From Paraphysomonas bandaiensis (lineage: Eukaryota; Protista; Chrysophyceae): a DNA stretch of 64,000 bases. Position numbers and translations under genes: made by a program. Under the pieces are notes generated by a model. The model was not told the origin of the DNA. It searched no databases and worked only from the letters and a program-made list of their open reading frames with translations. This document shows, piece after piece, positions 47,969 to 62,818 of the stretch. The DNA lies in the NCBI GenBank assembly GCA_965644295.1, contig CBFFRP010000346.1:1-64000 (forward strand), given 5' to 3'. How positions within the stretch are numbered: the stretch's first letter is position 1; each line of letters opens with the position of its first letter.

Positions 47969-50900
47969 ATGGCTCATATGTTCGTAAATACTATTGGTGT
48001 CATGGAGGGGGGGGCGAAAAATATGTTTCACGGGAAAACTGTTGTCGACATCGATCCTCCAGCAAACACAGATCCTTATGTTCTCGCATGTAGTTGTGAT
48101 AATATGATTGGGTTTGCAAACGGGCAGTGCCTAACTCTCTGCACCGTCCCTTGTTTTAGCGAGGAGAATGTTATTGACATTGAATTTGATAGCGATATTA
48201 GAGCAATGGCATGGCAGTCTACCGCGAGCTCTTTGCTTGTCGCTGACAGTTCTGGTACGTTGCATCTTCTTTCATCTTCGGGACAGAAGATTTTTTCCCA
48301 TAAACTAATTCCAGGTAATGTGTCTCGCCTTTGATAGCACTTAACACAACATCGTTTGACATATAATGTTCAGCGAAATCAGACAGCGAAGTTATATCAA
48401 TGGGGTTTATGGAGATATCGGGTAGTTCCATGTCTCCTTCTCTTATATGCGTGATAGACAATGGCTGCGTTATTGCTGTTGATGCATTACCAATTGACTC
48501 TCTACGAGAAGCCGTTAATTCTGGGTCGGGTATCATGGAAATTATGCAGAAAATAAAGTTTTCGAAATGCATGACAACATATATAAATCCAGGAAAGGTT
48601 CTACTATATTCCTTGCCAGGTGAGGATGTGGGAGTCGGTGGTGGTTCCGTGTGTGGCGGTGTCATTCTTGACTCGCACTCTGCGGTGCATGTTGTCAGGT
48701 ATGAGTCCCTCGACAGCACAGTCACCGTAAACCTTGTAGAAAGTATCAACGATGAAGTGTATAGTGACATGGCGTTAGTTCCAGTAAGCTCTTCTCGCCC
48801 CGCATCTATCGTACTTCTCGGAATATCTTGCGGGGTAACTGTGGTCAACTTGAGCTCTGGCGAAGTACTACAGCACATGACGGGGGAGGTTCCCCGCTCT
48901 CTTTTACCAGGGTGCGATTCCATTGTTCTCTTGGAGACACGAGGAGGAGACATTATATTGTCACTGTCCTCTTCAGAGCAGGAGGTTGCTTCGGTGCTCA
49001 CATGCGCTCTTGTGGGCACTCGTGCAGTAGTGATAGACATTTCGAATCTTCCAGAGGAGTGTGCCCCACAGAGGACTATCGGAATGTATCCTGTGGGAAA
49101 TCGTGCTTCCGACAGCTGTAGTCATCGTGTAGCGTACTGGAAGAGTAACTCGGAGGTAGCTGTGGTGGGATACTCTGAGGGGGTGTATGCGACCCTGGAA
49201 GCAATGGGCGGTGATTCTGATGCAAATACTGAGGAGTGTGATACTGCCACGCTTCTGGGGAGACTGATGAACTCGCACATCTCATCCAACTGTGCTGTAG
49301 ATCAGGTTCGAAAGAGCTTTGCTTATGTCTCTGCTGATGAAATTATGGCTCTACTGCGTTGTATACTGCTTTGCACACAGTTGCCGTTGTCAGAGATGCG
49401 CGAACTCATGGTGTCAGCTCAGGTGAGTTGCTTCCGTGTAGTTTATGCTTATTTTCATATCTTTGTGTGGGAAATAGGACTGTCTTGAGCGAATGACATT
49501 CACCGAACACCATTGCAACGAGATGCAGTGCCTACTTACATGCTGCCAAACAGCATCCGAATACGATTGGCGCGAAGATAGAGTGCAATCTTCCACTGAG
49601 GCATGCCAAGAGCATGTCGACGAATCAAATCTGGAAAGAGACGTCAGACAAGTATCCCAATTTCGTGATCTTTTGTATGGCAACGCTAGTGTAGCGTGGG
49701 AAGATTGCGTGAAGCGAGGTCACTTACAGGCATCCAGTGCTATTTTGCATCGACATCTCGGTGATGTTCTTCCTTCTGAGCCGGATATAGCCCTGAATTT
49801 AGTTAAAAGTGATATGTGTGCACCAGAAGAAGTTGTTGATTGGGTCAAACGAGACATTGTACCAGCGCTATTATTGTGCAGCAATACAGATAGCGTGCTG
49901 CATGTATGCACTGATCTTCTCCGCCGCGCCAGTGAGTCAGAACGGACTACGTTGCGCCCATTCGCTTCTGTCACTGCGTCGCAATTGGCGGTGAGCATTT
50001 CCACGTCCCTGCTTCCTGCTGACTCTGTTGGGTCCGATTCTATTATTGTTGCAGCGGAAAGAGCGTTAGAGGTCTATGCAATGCAGTCCGCATTCTGGAC
50101 GCACTGGGGAATGAAGGTGTCTTCTGAAGATGTTTCTGAGAGAGGTTTATCTGGGGTATTGTCGTCCAGATTGAAGTCCAGCCCAGAGAGAACTATATCG
50201 ACTGACATTGATATTCACGTCCGTCCACTAGTGCAAAAGTATGGAGGTGACACAGACATGCTTCTATTTGAATGGGTGTGTGACACTCTGAAGTCATCTG
50301 TCGTTATGACTGCGGACGATAGCTATGAGCATGTACCATCCAATGACAATGATGACCTCATGGAAACATTTGTGTCCGTTACTCGACTAGTGAATGTAAC
50401 TTCGTCAATTCAGACACCGAATCTGAGGGCAAGGGCGATTATCAGTATCCTACAGATGCTAGTAATTCCAAAGCGAACACAACGTGACGATGTAGATGTG
50501 GACAATGTATTTGATGACTTGTCGCGCCTTTCACAAGAGGTGTCTCACCTGGTCTCTCAGAGTATTGCAGATTCATTGACGGAAGCTTTTCGCTCCCACA
50601 AATTACGTGAACTCGTAGCGCGTTACAATATCATCGGGTTTGATCCTCGCAATGCCCGCCAGGTAAGGGAGGCCATAAGTGTTATTGTGACGAAGATCGA
50701 CAGTGAATCCTCCGTGGCAGACGCCCTGTGCTTTGCTGATGCCTATGCATCCAGTGCTGTAGATGTGAATGGCATTCTTGTCAAGGCACTCGTCCACAGA
50801 ATTGTCACCAGTAATTCAAGTGGGGATGATAAACCAGGTTATATATTGAGAGACTTTTCTGGACGGGATGGGATTCTCAAGAACGCCCTGGCTCATATCC

Positions 50901-53900
50901 CGACGAGTCGGCTACACGTTGTGGTGGAAGACACTTGCGAGTACTTGCTGTCTGTTGTTGATGACTTATGCCTCAGAGAGGATGAGTCGGAGCGCAAAGT
51001 GGGATTTCTTGCGAGTCCGACAGACGAAGAGTACTTCAGTAACTGTGTTAATGGAGCGCTTTACTTATGTAACTACTTCCTGGACAGTGTGGGAGACAAG
51101 CGCTCTTCCGTGGGTGAGAACAGAGATAGTAAAACAGCATCGTTGACTGCACAGGCTACTATGTGGACGGAATATCAAAATATGCTGAAGCGCATTCGCA
51201 AACTGATGAGCGAATTTTCGCTCTATTTATGTCCTGCCGAGTTGCGTGACCACAGCGTGTGTGTATCGATAGCAACCAGTGTTGCTGTTGTAAAAGCCAA
51301 TGAATTATTGCTGCTCCTGGACTCTCATGTAGCGCGCAGTGCTAATGGCGGGGTTAACATGGAAGACTTTGTGAAGCACTGTACAACTATTGGAAGCGTT
51401 CGAAAGCTTTGTACTGTATTGAATATTTCTTTTGTGGGTGCATTGAATTCCATGATTCGCCATGTCCTCTCCAATGGAAATATGGTAACTAAACCTGTGT
51501 TGCTATGCCTCTGACTTCCGTATTATTAGGAGCTGGGTATGAGTATCGCCGAAGTATTGGTTACTGAACGAAAAGATATCTCCGCGATGACAAGCTGTCC
51601 CAATGTATTTCAACATAGTTTTATGGAGAAAGAGTCAAGTGTGAAGGATGGAGAATTGGTCCTCAATGCTGCGGTTATTATATGTGGGGCTGCTGCAAAG
51701 AAGGTATGGTGTAGGTACCCATATACAGGCCTTATGATCCGCTTTGTAGGAAACTATTCAACGTCGAACTGAGCAGTATCCTCGTTCGTCGGCACTGAAA
51801 AATATTCAGCAAGTGTCATCTGTACAGTCGGATGCCGCACCCTTTGCTTTGTCAGGAGAATTACTCCGTTTGTCTGTGTTGACTTGCTCGGGCAGCTCCC
51901 TTGGTAAAACTGTCGATTTGCTTAATTCTTGTGAACTTGTTCTGGATGTGCACCAGCGGCTTGAAACTCATGTCGGCAAACCCCCTGGTGTTAACATAGC
52001 TTCTAATTTTGAAGGGAGTTCTGTTGGTTCTTCCAGCCATATCCATGGCACACAGATAGCTGCCCATAGAGGACGTACGCCTGCCACCTCAGGACGCGCC
52101 ACCAACGTGAACGCGGAACACGATAGCAGTGACTTCTCTTGTGGAAATCAAGAGTCTATCAATCAAGTCTCACTGCAACAACTCCAATCACAAATTGGTG
52201 GGACGAACTTTACCCGTGATGGAATTTTGCTGACACCTAGTGTAATATGGGGGCCGCTTTTAAAACATATCGTTCTTGAGACACGTAGACGGGAGAATGC
52301 CACGTCATTTGGGGACGCCAGAACCGTAACTGCGACAGACGATGATGTAGATAAGTTGGTTACCATACTGCAACGATCCGAGAATCATATGTTGGCTGTG
52401 CGTGTATTGTTGTCTTCTTGGCAATGTCACACATCGAAGAAACAGGTAAGTGAATGTGTAATGCGTTTTGTCTTGTGACTCTAAGTGACTGTTAATAATT
52501 ACAGTGTTTGCATGCGTCTATGATGGCCCTTAGCCGTAAGGTTCTGAGTTACAGAGATATAGATAAAACTCTAGCAGTTGCGTGTTTGTCGACAGTGCCC
52601 TACGAAGCAATGGTTCGGGAGCTACGGAGTGCGGTTCCATCGATTCAGAGTGACTTCTCTAGACTGCGGACAGTAGCTCAGATTGGAGAACAGTTGGCCC
52701 AAATGTGGGACCAAGAGGAGCTCCTCCTCGTGTTTGAATCACTTCAGACTAATGCAAAGTGGTGGCACATCCTCTCTGCCCATGGGGTCAAGATAGACCC
52801 AAGAGCATTTCAGAGCTCTGTCCCAGCCCAACGTGAGGCATGCATCCGTGCAGTGGTCCCAGAGCTCTTGCATAAAACTCGAGGTGATATATCTCTTGCT
52901 ATGGAGTACTGCAGTCAGTACGACCTGGAGGCGCACTACGCATCTATCTGCTACATCGAGTATGTACTTCTGCTCTCACCTGCAGGCTTTCACATATCTA
53001 GATGGAGTGATGACATCAAAGCTGCATGTAGTTCAGTGGAAGAGAGTCTTTTGGTGACGTCCTTGCAGAGTATACTACCCAAGATTCATTCCTTGGACTA
53101 TGAAAAGGTAGGTTGCAACTCGAGACTACAATTGTGCGACTGCGCTCACGTCACACGCAGATACGATATACGTGCACCTGGATGATGGGAATTATAAATG
53201 ATGAGGACCTTGAACAGGATAACGACACTGACCCTCTCGACGACTCCGGAATTGACTCTGCTATTGTTTGTAATGAGCATGAGAAAAATATAGCAGCGAG
53301 AATCGATCTTAAAGAGCAGTGCTCAAAGTACTTAGATATTGCCACCCTGTTAAGCAATTTAGGGGTTTCTGTTAACATGCGCAAAGTTTATCCAAACCTT
53401 GCACTGTACGAGAATGTTCCTGAAGAATACACGTACAGGCTTCCTTTTTGGAATCTTCTGCATGAGCCTTGGAGTATTCTGGAACCTTTATTGAGCGCTG
53501 ACGCCGAGCTTGCTGCCAAATTAACTCCGATATGTTCTTACTTGAATTTAGATCGCGACGAGTTCTACATCAAGAGGGCAATGAATATATACTCGAAACG
53601 CACTTCAGGCCTCACTGCTGCCATTGTGGATGGAGTTTTAGAACCCCAATTCAGAAATGTTCTGAGTGATGTGGAGGATGTGGTGACTTATATAAAGAGT
53701 CCTTTTAACAGGGTGCGCATTTGGCGGTGGGTCTTTGATGCCGCTAAGGACATTCACTTCGATGTTGCATCAGCTGCCCTGCAAACAGCGTTAGGAGTAT
53801 TTGAGGATGGTGTTACGGTGCGGTTGGTAGGATACGGAGGTGAGGACCTGAAGCGACTGGATGAATTGAAACAAGAAGTGGTCTTAGATGCAGTCAAGCA

Positions 53901-56432
53901 CAAATGCCGTGCTGATATTTTGCAGCTTGATAAAGAGAAGACGAAACTCATGACTGGTCAACAGCTAGGTTGTTTTTTTGCCCCCAGGCTAATGCCAGTC
54001 CTGGGTGATGTATCTGCAACTCTCAGAGCCCTGTTTGAGATTGCTGTTGAGGAAGCATGGATCATTCAGTTGGATCGACTGCGACGAACTCAAGATGTAT
54101 TGTGTTGTTTGGACATCATGAAATCTACTCTTGTCCCAGCTGTTTGTGAGTATATGTCTCATGTAGGTAACGTTGCCATGTCAATACATGAACACCACAG
54201 TGTGCTCTACCCATCTCATGATCAGGAAAGAAGTGTCGTAGAATCAATTAAGTCTACGACTGGTCTCCTGGCGTCATCTGCCTTGCAGAGTACTCGTCAT
54301 AGCTTAATTGGAAAGCTGCTTGCAGACGCGGAAACTCATGCTGATGCAACAAATCGGTCAGTTCTTTCCTCTACCGATAAACCAACGGGGTCTTCTCAAT
54401 TAGCTTCCGGTTGGGGTGCTGGTAGTTCGTCTGCATGGGGAACTGCACTTGAGTCAGGTGTATCTCCTTCCGCGGCGGAGAAGCGTCGCAGAGAGGATGT
54501 GTTTCGAGCGTTTTCTATTTCATTACTTGTCATGTCCTGCTCCGATTCGTGTCCAAGGTGAAAACTATACCAATGATTGTCAACAGAGCTAATCATTTTG
54601 TCTCTACAGAGATGTATATATAAATCAGCTCATGATAGTGGGAAGTGGAACAGGGGCAAGGGTTCAGCGCCGTCTCACAGCGAGATCGAAGTTCCGGGCA
54701 ATCCAAGCTTTGCTTTTTTTAAATAAGTCCATCCGTACTCTGTCTCTTCCAGGTGCTTTATCTGAGGAGCAGAAGCTGTGCAGCGCGATGCTTGAAGACA
54801 ATTTACTTTTGATGAAGCTCAAATGGTACTTATATTGCTTGGCAGAATTACAGGAGCTTAGACTTCCTTGCTCGGAGGATACACTTGCACTGGCTGTGGG
54901 ATACAGTCCGCCTGTTGGTGGTGAAGTATTACCACTTCAACCCGCCAATCCGTGCCCACTAGTAAATACATGGCTACATGATGAGGGACATGATCCAGGG
55001 GTATGTGAGCTAGCTCGGGACGTACTGATTGCTGCAGAGTGCACAGATGATCGTATGTGCATAACCCTTTTAACACATATGCTGCAACGTGGATTTACAA
55101 GAGCCGCACTACATACTGTCATCTGTGTCCGAAAGAATACTGTTGTGAATGCTATTTTTCGAGACGACTACCTTGGAAGTGAGATCGTACAGATGCTGCT
55201 AGGCGTGTCTGGTGATGTCGGAGATAAAATAGAGCAGGTGTGTTACCTATGGTTCTGTATTGCATTTATGATGCACGTTTTCAGATGTTAGAACTGTTTA
55301 AAGCAAAGGAGAATGTGAATCAAGATGTGAACTGTGGGAAGGAGAATACAATTAGTGCTCCCAAGGTTTCTAGTACAAGCAGTGCAGTATACAAGCCGTC
55401 TTGCAGCTCTGGTAATGGCGTCGAAACTCTCTCGGCATCTTGCGGAAAGCGTATAATGTTGTTGAGTCTTCGCTCTCCGTGGAGCAGCGGCGCCTGGGAA
55501 GACTGTCCTGAAGATGTTGCTTTGACTGCAGAGCGTCTGCAATGTATATGGCGGCTACTCCGCAATGAGTCATTCCAGCACATGGAAAATTATGCTGAGA
55601 AACTTCAGGCCGCTTGCGTTAGACTACTGGTAAATTCTTGCAACCTGAAGCAATTTCCGGCACCATCCCCGTATCAATCTCCAGGTAGCCTCAGGGACAG
55701 TGCTGTGGAAAGTATGACTTCCGATGCAGCTTTTATGGCCGCTTGCTCATTAGTGTATCATATCCGTCGGTGTATGGAAAATACATCCACAACGCGTTCT
55801 ATGGCGCTAGGTACCACACGATTTCTTTTGGAAGAGTTTCTTGTCAAGCTTCTTCATATAGCTTCCTTTGGTATAGATAAAGAACGGTGTGATTCCTTAC
55901 CTCTTACCCAGACTGAGAGTAATAGGCTTGATGTAAAGTCCTTGCTAAGACTATTATATTGTCTTTGTGAGACAATCCCAGGAAGTGATCTTCAATCTGT
56001 ACTTAGCCGTTACTGTATGTTCAGGACAACATCAGAGACCTTCACTAAAACTCTCGATTTTGAATGCCATGAACTTTCTGCTACTGACATAGCCAGTTCG
56101 AGCACGATTAACAAGCAGTTCGACTCACTTTTGGCATGCATGGCTGCCTGTGGTGAGATGCTCGAGGCTGATGGGGCATACTGTAGAGTCGTGTGGCACA
56201 CCATATTGTCATGGCTTGCAAGCAGGTATGTTGTCGTTTTATTTAAGATATACGAGTTCATAGTTTCTTCAGCACGCAAGCAATGAGCTATATATATCAT
56301 GTTAAAAGTAATTTGTCTGAAGAGTGTAGACGGCAACTAAAACTGGCAATTGAAATATTCGGCACTAATTACTCAACGAAAAATGTGAATGGGAACAATA
56401 TACTACAGGTTATTGAGCAGCTGACAGCTTGA
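47969..56432 (+). CDS. KNTC1: Kinetochore protein ROD/KNTC1-like (RZZ subunit), large multi-exon gene
   Basis: N-terminal beta-propeller-like region and long helical solenoid. Rod C-terminal-like segment DIDKTLAVACL...QSDFSRL...NAKWWHILSAHGVKID...LDYEKI. Consecutive ORFs joined by short GT-AG introns; the last exon is inferred. Confidence 0.75.
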
Positions 56433-57465
56433 TTGCATTGAGTTGTCGCGAGTGTTGAATCTCAATTGTGACATTATAGTCTATAATATGGTACAGTATT
56501 TGTGTTATTGTGCATGTTATAGAGTAGGACAGGGTAATAGTTGGATAATCGAATGATTCGGGAAGTAATACTCCGAAATAATATATGTAACCACGTGACT
56601 CATTCTTAATTAGAAGTAATTTTGAAATTGCACAATTTGAAGATTTGTTGTTCCACGTAAGATCAGGATTATACTTACAACATGTATGATGTGCAATAAA
56701 ATAGTACTTAGACTGAATATCTAAGGCATACAGCAGGGATTCTAAAAATATGACGCTAACTTGGAGTTTGTAAGAGTTAACGATCAAGTCACTCAATTGC
56801 TTAACAGTTACCTGTAGTACGTAGTAGCGAATGCATTTTTATTAGCAATAGGCGTTGAAGAGTTGGAACTACTTAGCATTTCAATTTATCTAACTAGTAC
56901 GTAGTTTCTCCGAAGCTTTAACTCTACGAAAGTCGCTTGTGCGGTGCTCGCATACCTTTTCCTCTTATACCTTAACCCTGAACAATTTCTCACATCATGT
57001 GTACTTTGTTCTGTGTTGGACTCTAGGTTGTTACGACGTGCAGTTATTGTTATAGCTTTCTTGCTTGCACAGCGCAACCATAAGCAGTGAATAAAGCATA
57101 AACTACTCTACTCTTCTTATGTTATCAATATGACATTGTCGTAGATGGCACTCTTAATTTCACCATGATAGGAATAATTCGAGTAATTCGACGCAACTTC
57201 TAACTCCTGCGCAGAGAAATATACCTATTAAAACCACAACCTACACTTCCTTGATATCATGACTCGATCTCATATAGCATTTCACCATGACGAAAACAAC
57301 AGAGTTTCCACTGTTATGACAACTGACACTCTTGCCACCACAATGTAACTCCAGGTTTCATATTTCGACAGACCACTCATGGCATGTGAGAGATTTGCCA
57401 ATTGGTCTGACTCTTACCAAACTCATGAGAAGCTCCAGGACATAATTTCAGCCACACCCGATGTT

Positions 57466-60400
57466 TCACGGCATCCTCTCATCTACAAAATTCCATGTAG
57501 AGGAGTTTTTACCATCATTCCCGACAGACCACCGAAATTCATCCTCGTCTGCAAGAGCGCGTGAATTAAACCCCGGAGGTACAGCAGAAAACCCTGGGGG
57601 AACATCTGTTGCCAATGAATGATCTCTCTCTGTATCATCCTGGTTCATAAGATCAAAGATACCGTCTTCAATCTGAGGACACATGATATCAGTACCCCAG
57701 TAGTCGTACTGCCGCTCCACACAACCCAACCCATTAAGTGCATTGTTTTCAGGAGAGCATGTCCGACCGACACCCTCACCTATGAGTCCCCCAAGATTTA
57801 GACCCAAGCCAAGAGTTGCTTGATTACCACCATGGCTAATCCAACCATCCGCATCTACATTTTTTTTGTGTAAAGCTTCCAAAAAAGGGGTCGGGTCACT
57901 GTCGGTAATATCGTCAGGTCGGTCCACAATAGACTCTGGAGCAAGGACACTCTCTACCACAGGTAAATTCTGATTGTGTACCGAGCGCATTGGGCGGGCC
58001 GCAAAAGCCGGTTTGAACACAATAATATCATCAGCATCGTCGTCATCGTCCTCAAGTTTCTCAGCAGTCTGTGCAGTATAACGAGCACTACAATCGCTAC
58101 TTGATTCATTGTCCTCTTCTTCCGTAGAAAGCCCAGAGGCATTGCTCTCTGACTCTGAATGTCTGCGCCTACGGCTTGGATGAAGATCCCCGCTTGTACT
58201 GTCTCTATCACCTGTGTCTCCAGCACTAGCTGGCATTTGCTTCACAGTTTCAGAAACCCATGACTTGTCGCCGTCCTGATGAGACACAGCTGCCATCGCC
58301 GCGTCATATAAATTTGTGGACTTCTTGTCCCCAGGCAGTGAAGAAACCACTGGGAATTCGCTAAAAGCATTTGGGTTCTTGTCAGAGGGCAGCGTCGTCG
58401 ACTCATGCGACATCTTTCGCAGCGAGGACGATTCCCTGTCGCCACGTGGATGCTTTTTCGCTTCTCTACGAGACTCTCGCCGACGAGCCTTGTACTCCTC
58501 CTTAACTTTTGCCTTTCTTTCCTTTCTATTCCTCTCCCTATCCAGTGATCCCCTCTCAGGTCGACTTGCCTTGGATGGAGGAGTAGCCGCTTGATGAGAC
58601 TTAGAGGACGGTGGCGGAACTAGCGAGTGGTCTACGAAATAAGACACGTTTCTCAGACGGCGGTTAAGAACTTGTCCATCTTTTTCCGGCTGCAGGGGGG
58701 AGGCAGATAATAGAGTGGGGAGCGGAATCGAATCAAAGAATACCTGTATACACATCACACTTCCAAAGTAAATATACATCAGTTTAGCACCTCGTATTGT
58801 CTAGCTAATGGAAGATATCCCCTCAACTCTATGTGCTCTGCTAAGGGTGGCGGGACCTCCTCTACACTACTATGGTCAGAAGTGTCTTCTTTCTTATTCC
58901 AATTAGAAAGAGAGGTCTTCATATCCGCAAGAGTTACGCGCATGCTAGAGCGTGCCCTATTCTCGGAGCGAATTAGCTCTGGAGATGCATTTTCTGGTTT
59001 GGGTAAAGCTACTGTGGCAACCTCACCACCCTGTACAGAATAGCTATGATTCGATATACTATGGAGGAAGTTGAGATTCCCCCGACCCCAATCACAGAAA
59101 ATGCTCAGCATCTGAAGTGTGGAAACTATATGAGACCTTCGAGGTCCAGTTGATCCAATAGGACATACGCACAACGAAATCCTAGCAACACAATAATCAC
59201 ATCACATTCATCACCATTTAACTACACACCTGTTAATTAGACTAAACAAAAACACCAATGCCAAACTCTCGGCATTGCTACGAGTGGAAATATTCGTAGT
59301 TTCTTCATCTTGGGCTTGGCCCTGAGAATTGCGCACATTGTTGCCCCGCATCCTCCGTGACGCTTCAACAGAAGGGAAGTGGATAGAAAAAAGACACACG
59401 CTTATTATCCTTAGCAATATTTCTCCTATGTCCGTTGATTGATTGAAAGGCATTAATCGTTCAAAGTCTTCAAAGAGGGCTGGCATCCACGAGGTCACAA
59501 GGGATGTGGTTTTGGAAAGGATATTTGTATATTCAGTGGATGTTGCAACCCCGGCCTGAGCCTCATCACATGAATTTGAGCATGACGATATAGTCGCCGC
59601 CTCATGCTGTGCAAGAGTAAATAAAGCTCCGTGGATGTACACAAATCGCGTCAGGAAGCCACTTATATCTGGTGTATGGACGGAGCTTCGTGACACGCGC
59701 TTCGCGTTTTTGTCGAATACAACTTTGAGGTTATCCGTACCAGTAGAAAAAGGGTGTGAAACAAGGACACTTCGACAGTAAAAATACACGGAAGTTAACT
59801 CCATTACACCCACTGAAGGCCCACCGTTGTACGCAGTAAGGACCGCTAGCTGAGTATAATCTCGTGTCAATATGAGAGACAACTCAGAAGGACAGATTTA
59901 CCTGGTTGTGTGCATTTCCAACAGAAGGCATCACCTGTCTAGCACGCTGGTAGTACCGCCGTGCCACACTCCAATCCTTCACCTTATTATTACTATGCAG
60001 CTCCGTGTACCTATTGACACGGTAAGTGAGTGTGTATTGACGCCAAGCTATCAGCGATACCGTGCGATATCCCCGAGGAATACCAAGCAAAAGTTGACGC
60101 TGCGAACAAGGGCCGGTATATTACCATCACTGGTAATTGCTACATCACTACTGCATTCGTTGCTGCTTTCAACACTGTCATTCTTCGAATCCAATAGAGT
60201 ATATATAGTCCTTTCCAACTGCATGCTCACGTTATTTCTATTAATAATGATAAATAATTCCAACCTTGACTAATAAATTCTCATAAAACAAAGCACTTTC
60301 GCAAAGGAATCGATTAAATGATGTACTTAAACGTAATAAATTCTGCTTTTGCTCCTCAATTCGTATGCCCTCTTCCGTACCATTATCAATAAGTGAAGTA

Positions 60401-60682
60401 ATACCACGAATGCGTTTTCGGTAATCTTCTATCTTGCGATAAAAGCAATGCTTCCATAAAGTATTGTCAACGTTTTTGGAATACGCTATTGATGGGTAAT
60501 TTACAATAACTCTGACATAACACTGCTTCATGCTACGATATCATCGGCATTAATTTGAGTGAGATGGTGATATAAGAAACTTACTGTGATTGAATGCGGC
60601 TCTTCTCATCAACAGATTCAGCACTCCTCAACTCTTTGTCGAGTGATGAAATTTTTCGTAGTAAGTCTCGTCCTTCTTCCAT
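57466..60682 (-). CDS. SMG7: EST1/SMG5-7 family NMD factor without evident PIN domain (SMG7-like), multi-exon
   Basis: LWKHCFYRKIEDYR, FLGDIARY, ARRYYQRA..PSVGNAHNQLAVL, VYFYCRSVLVSHPF, ELRGYLPL; low-complexity C-terminus. Confidence 0.78.
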
Positions 60683-61307
60683 ACCTTATTTTGACGAGTC
60701 ACGATTGGCTATGTCGATAGCGAGTGGTATGTACCAGAGGACATGAGGTACATTGGTACAAACAGATGTAGGAACCCATATTTAATTCAATTATATGACG
60801 GCAACAGCACAGACAACCACGACACCCTGTTGCTAATGCCGGAACAATATCATATAAACATGAAGGTGAGTCACCTGTATTTATATTCGAGGAATAGTGT
60901 TTGATTTTGTGGCAGAAGCATCTAATACAATCAAGCAACACCACAACACCACTGCCTACATGTTACTGTATTATACAAGTGTTGGACACAGAGGCTGTAT
61001 ATGTTCTGATAATTTCGTCCTCACCACCTGCAGAAATTGACCAACCACGACCAAAAAAATATCTGTTTGCATGCTGCTGTGTGTGTGGATGACGATGATT
61101 TGTCGAAGTACTACAGTGCTGCTCTTGAGTAAAAACATTGCAGGTGATGGGTGGGATGGGGCGGAGGTATATGAATTTTCGAAACCACCACCTGCAGCGT
61201 ATGGTACGCAGCATAAGACTTCTAAGTCGTCAATTAGCTGGCCTCAAGAAACAGTGACCCACCTTAAAGTTCTGTACAATGGACCCGTCTTCCTTTTTGG
61301 CAGGTAC

Positions 61308-62318
61308 TGTTTCTGGCGCGTTGGCTACTGAAACAAAGGAATCGATATTGGGTCAGGAATTGGAAAAATTACAGGAGAAAAAGGTTCATACATAGCAGTT
61401 TACTTGCACCTATTAACAATCATAGCAGAATAAGCTGAAGGAGGACAACACGAAATATGTTTCTAATCATCCTGAGCTTAGTGTAATCATTGACGAGTTT
61501 GTAGCTGATGTATTGCAAAAGAAACCTCATGTAAATATCTTGTCTGGAGTTTTTATTGTGTATAACAATTGTGGTGCCAATGTTTAGGATATTGTTAAAT
61601 TTGGGGAGAAGTTCTTTTCTAAACGAGCAAGGAAATCCCAAAAGGTACACTCAGTCAAGCGTACCTGTGATTATCTTTGATATGGATATTGTAGATCAAT
61701 GATTTAAGTGGATTACCACCACTTGTAATTGCTGGTCCATCTGGCGTTGGGAAGGGAACTATTATTAGCAAGCTTGTGGCAAGTTATCCTGCCTTGTTTG
61801 GTTTCTCTGTCAGTCATACCACGCGAGCACCACGAGCTGGGGAAGTCGATGGTGTTCAATATAATTTTGTTAGTAGTGATGAGATGACCGAAGCAATAAG
61901 CGCCGGGAAATTTATTGAACACGCTCACGTACATTCCAATTATTATGGCACCAGTTTTGAAGCTGTGCAGTGTATTCAGGCCGAGGGAAAGATCTGCATA
62001 CTTGATATTGATATTCAGGGAGTTCAGAGTGTTAAGGGCTCAGGACTGGACTGCAGGTATATTTTTATTGCCCCACCCACTATCGACGAATTAGAGCGAC
62101 GACTAAGGGGACGGATGAGCGAAAGCGACGATAAGATTCGTATTCGACTAGAAAATGCGCGGGGAGAAATTGCGTATGGTATGGAGAAAGGGAACTTTGA
62201 TGCGGTAGTTGTTAATGACAGTATTGAAACGACATTTGAAGAAATTGTCCGATTTCTCAGACACTGGTATCCTAATTTTGAATTCGGTGGTGTTCCCGAT
62301 GACGAAGAGGAAGATTAA
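61308..62318 (+). CDS. GUK1: Guanylate kinase with N-terminal RIIa/Dpy-30-like docking domain (5' end unresolved)
   Basis: P-loop IAGPSGVGKGT, SVSHTTRAPRAGEVDGVQYNF, YYGTS, LDIDIQG. Upstream exons 61429-61530 and 61588-61644 splice in frame. Confidence 0.85.
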
Positions 62319-62818
62319 CAAATTTGCAATTTAAATGTTGCTTATACCGTACCATAATCAACATATGTCTTGTAACAAAGTTTTGAGTAATAATTAATCG
62401 TAATGTTTACACAGAGTGGTCAAGACGACGCGAATTGGATCTAATTATATGTCTATGGTTACTACTCGCAATGTGCCATACACTATGTGTAATATGATAC
62501 TGTGGAAGATATTCCAGTTTATATGTGAGTACCTAAAAAAAGTAATGTCACATACTTAGTACACACTCCTGATTATAAATGAGGGCAACATTATTCAACC
62601 TATAGAGGATAGAGAAGATAATACTACATTATCTTAAAAACACTCAGTTCTATATATAGCAGTAAATGTCATTATCGGGTTGCCATTAACGGTAGTGCAG
62701 TTCCCGGCAATTATAATGGCATTAATGACAAAGGTCCCGGGATATATAATGGCAGCAGTGCCTTCCCCTCCATATATTGGTTGGCAACCTCCAGAACATC
62801 TGGATCATGCTCACAAGC

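Noticed and set aside
60710-61300. Additional 5' exons of the guanylate kinase or a separate small gene
   Set aside because: Several splice-like sites, but no unambiguous in-frame chain could be built by eye.
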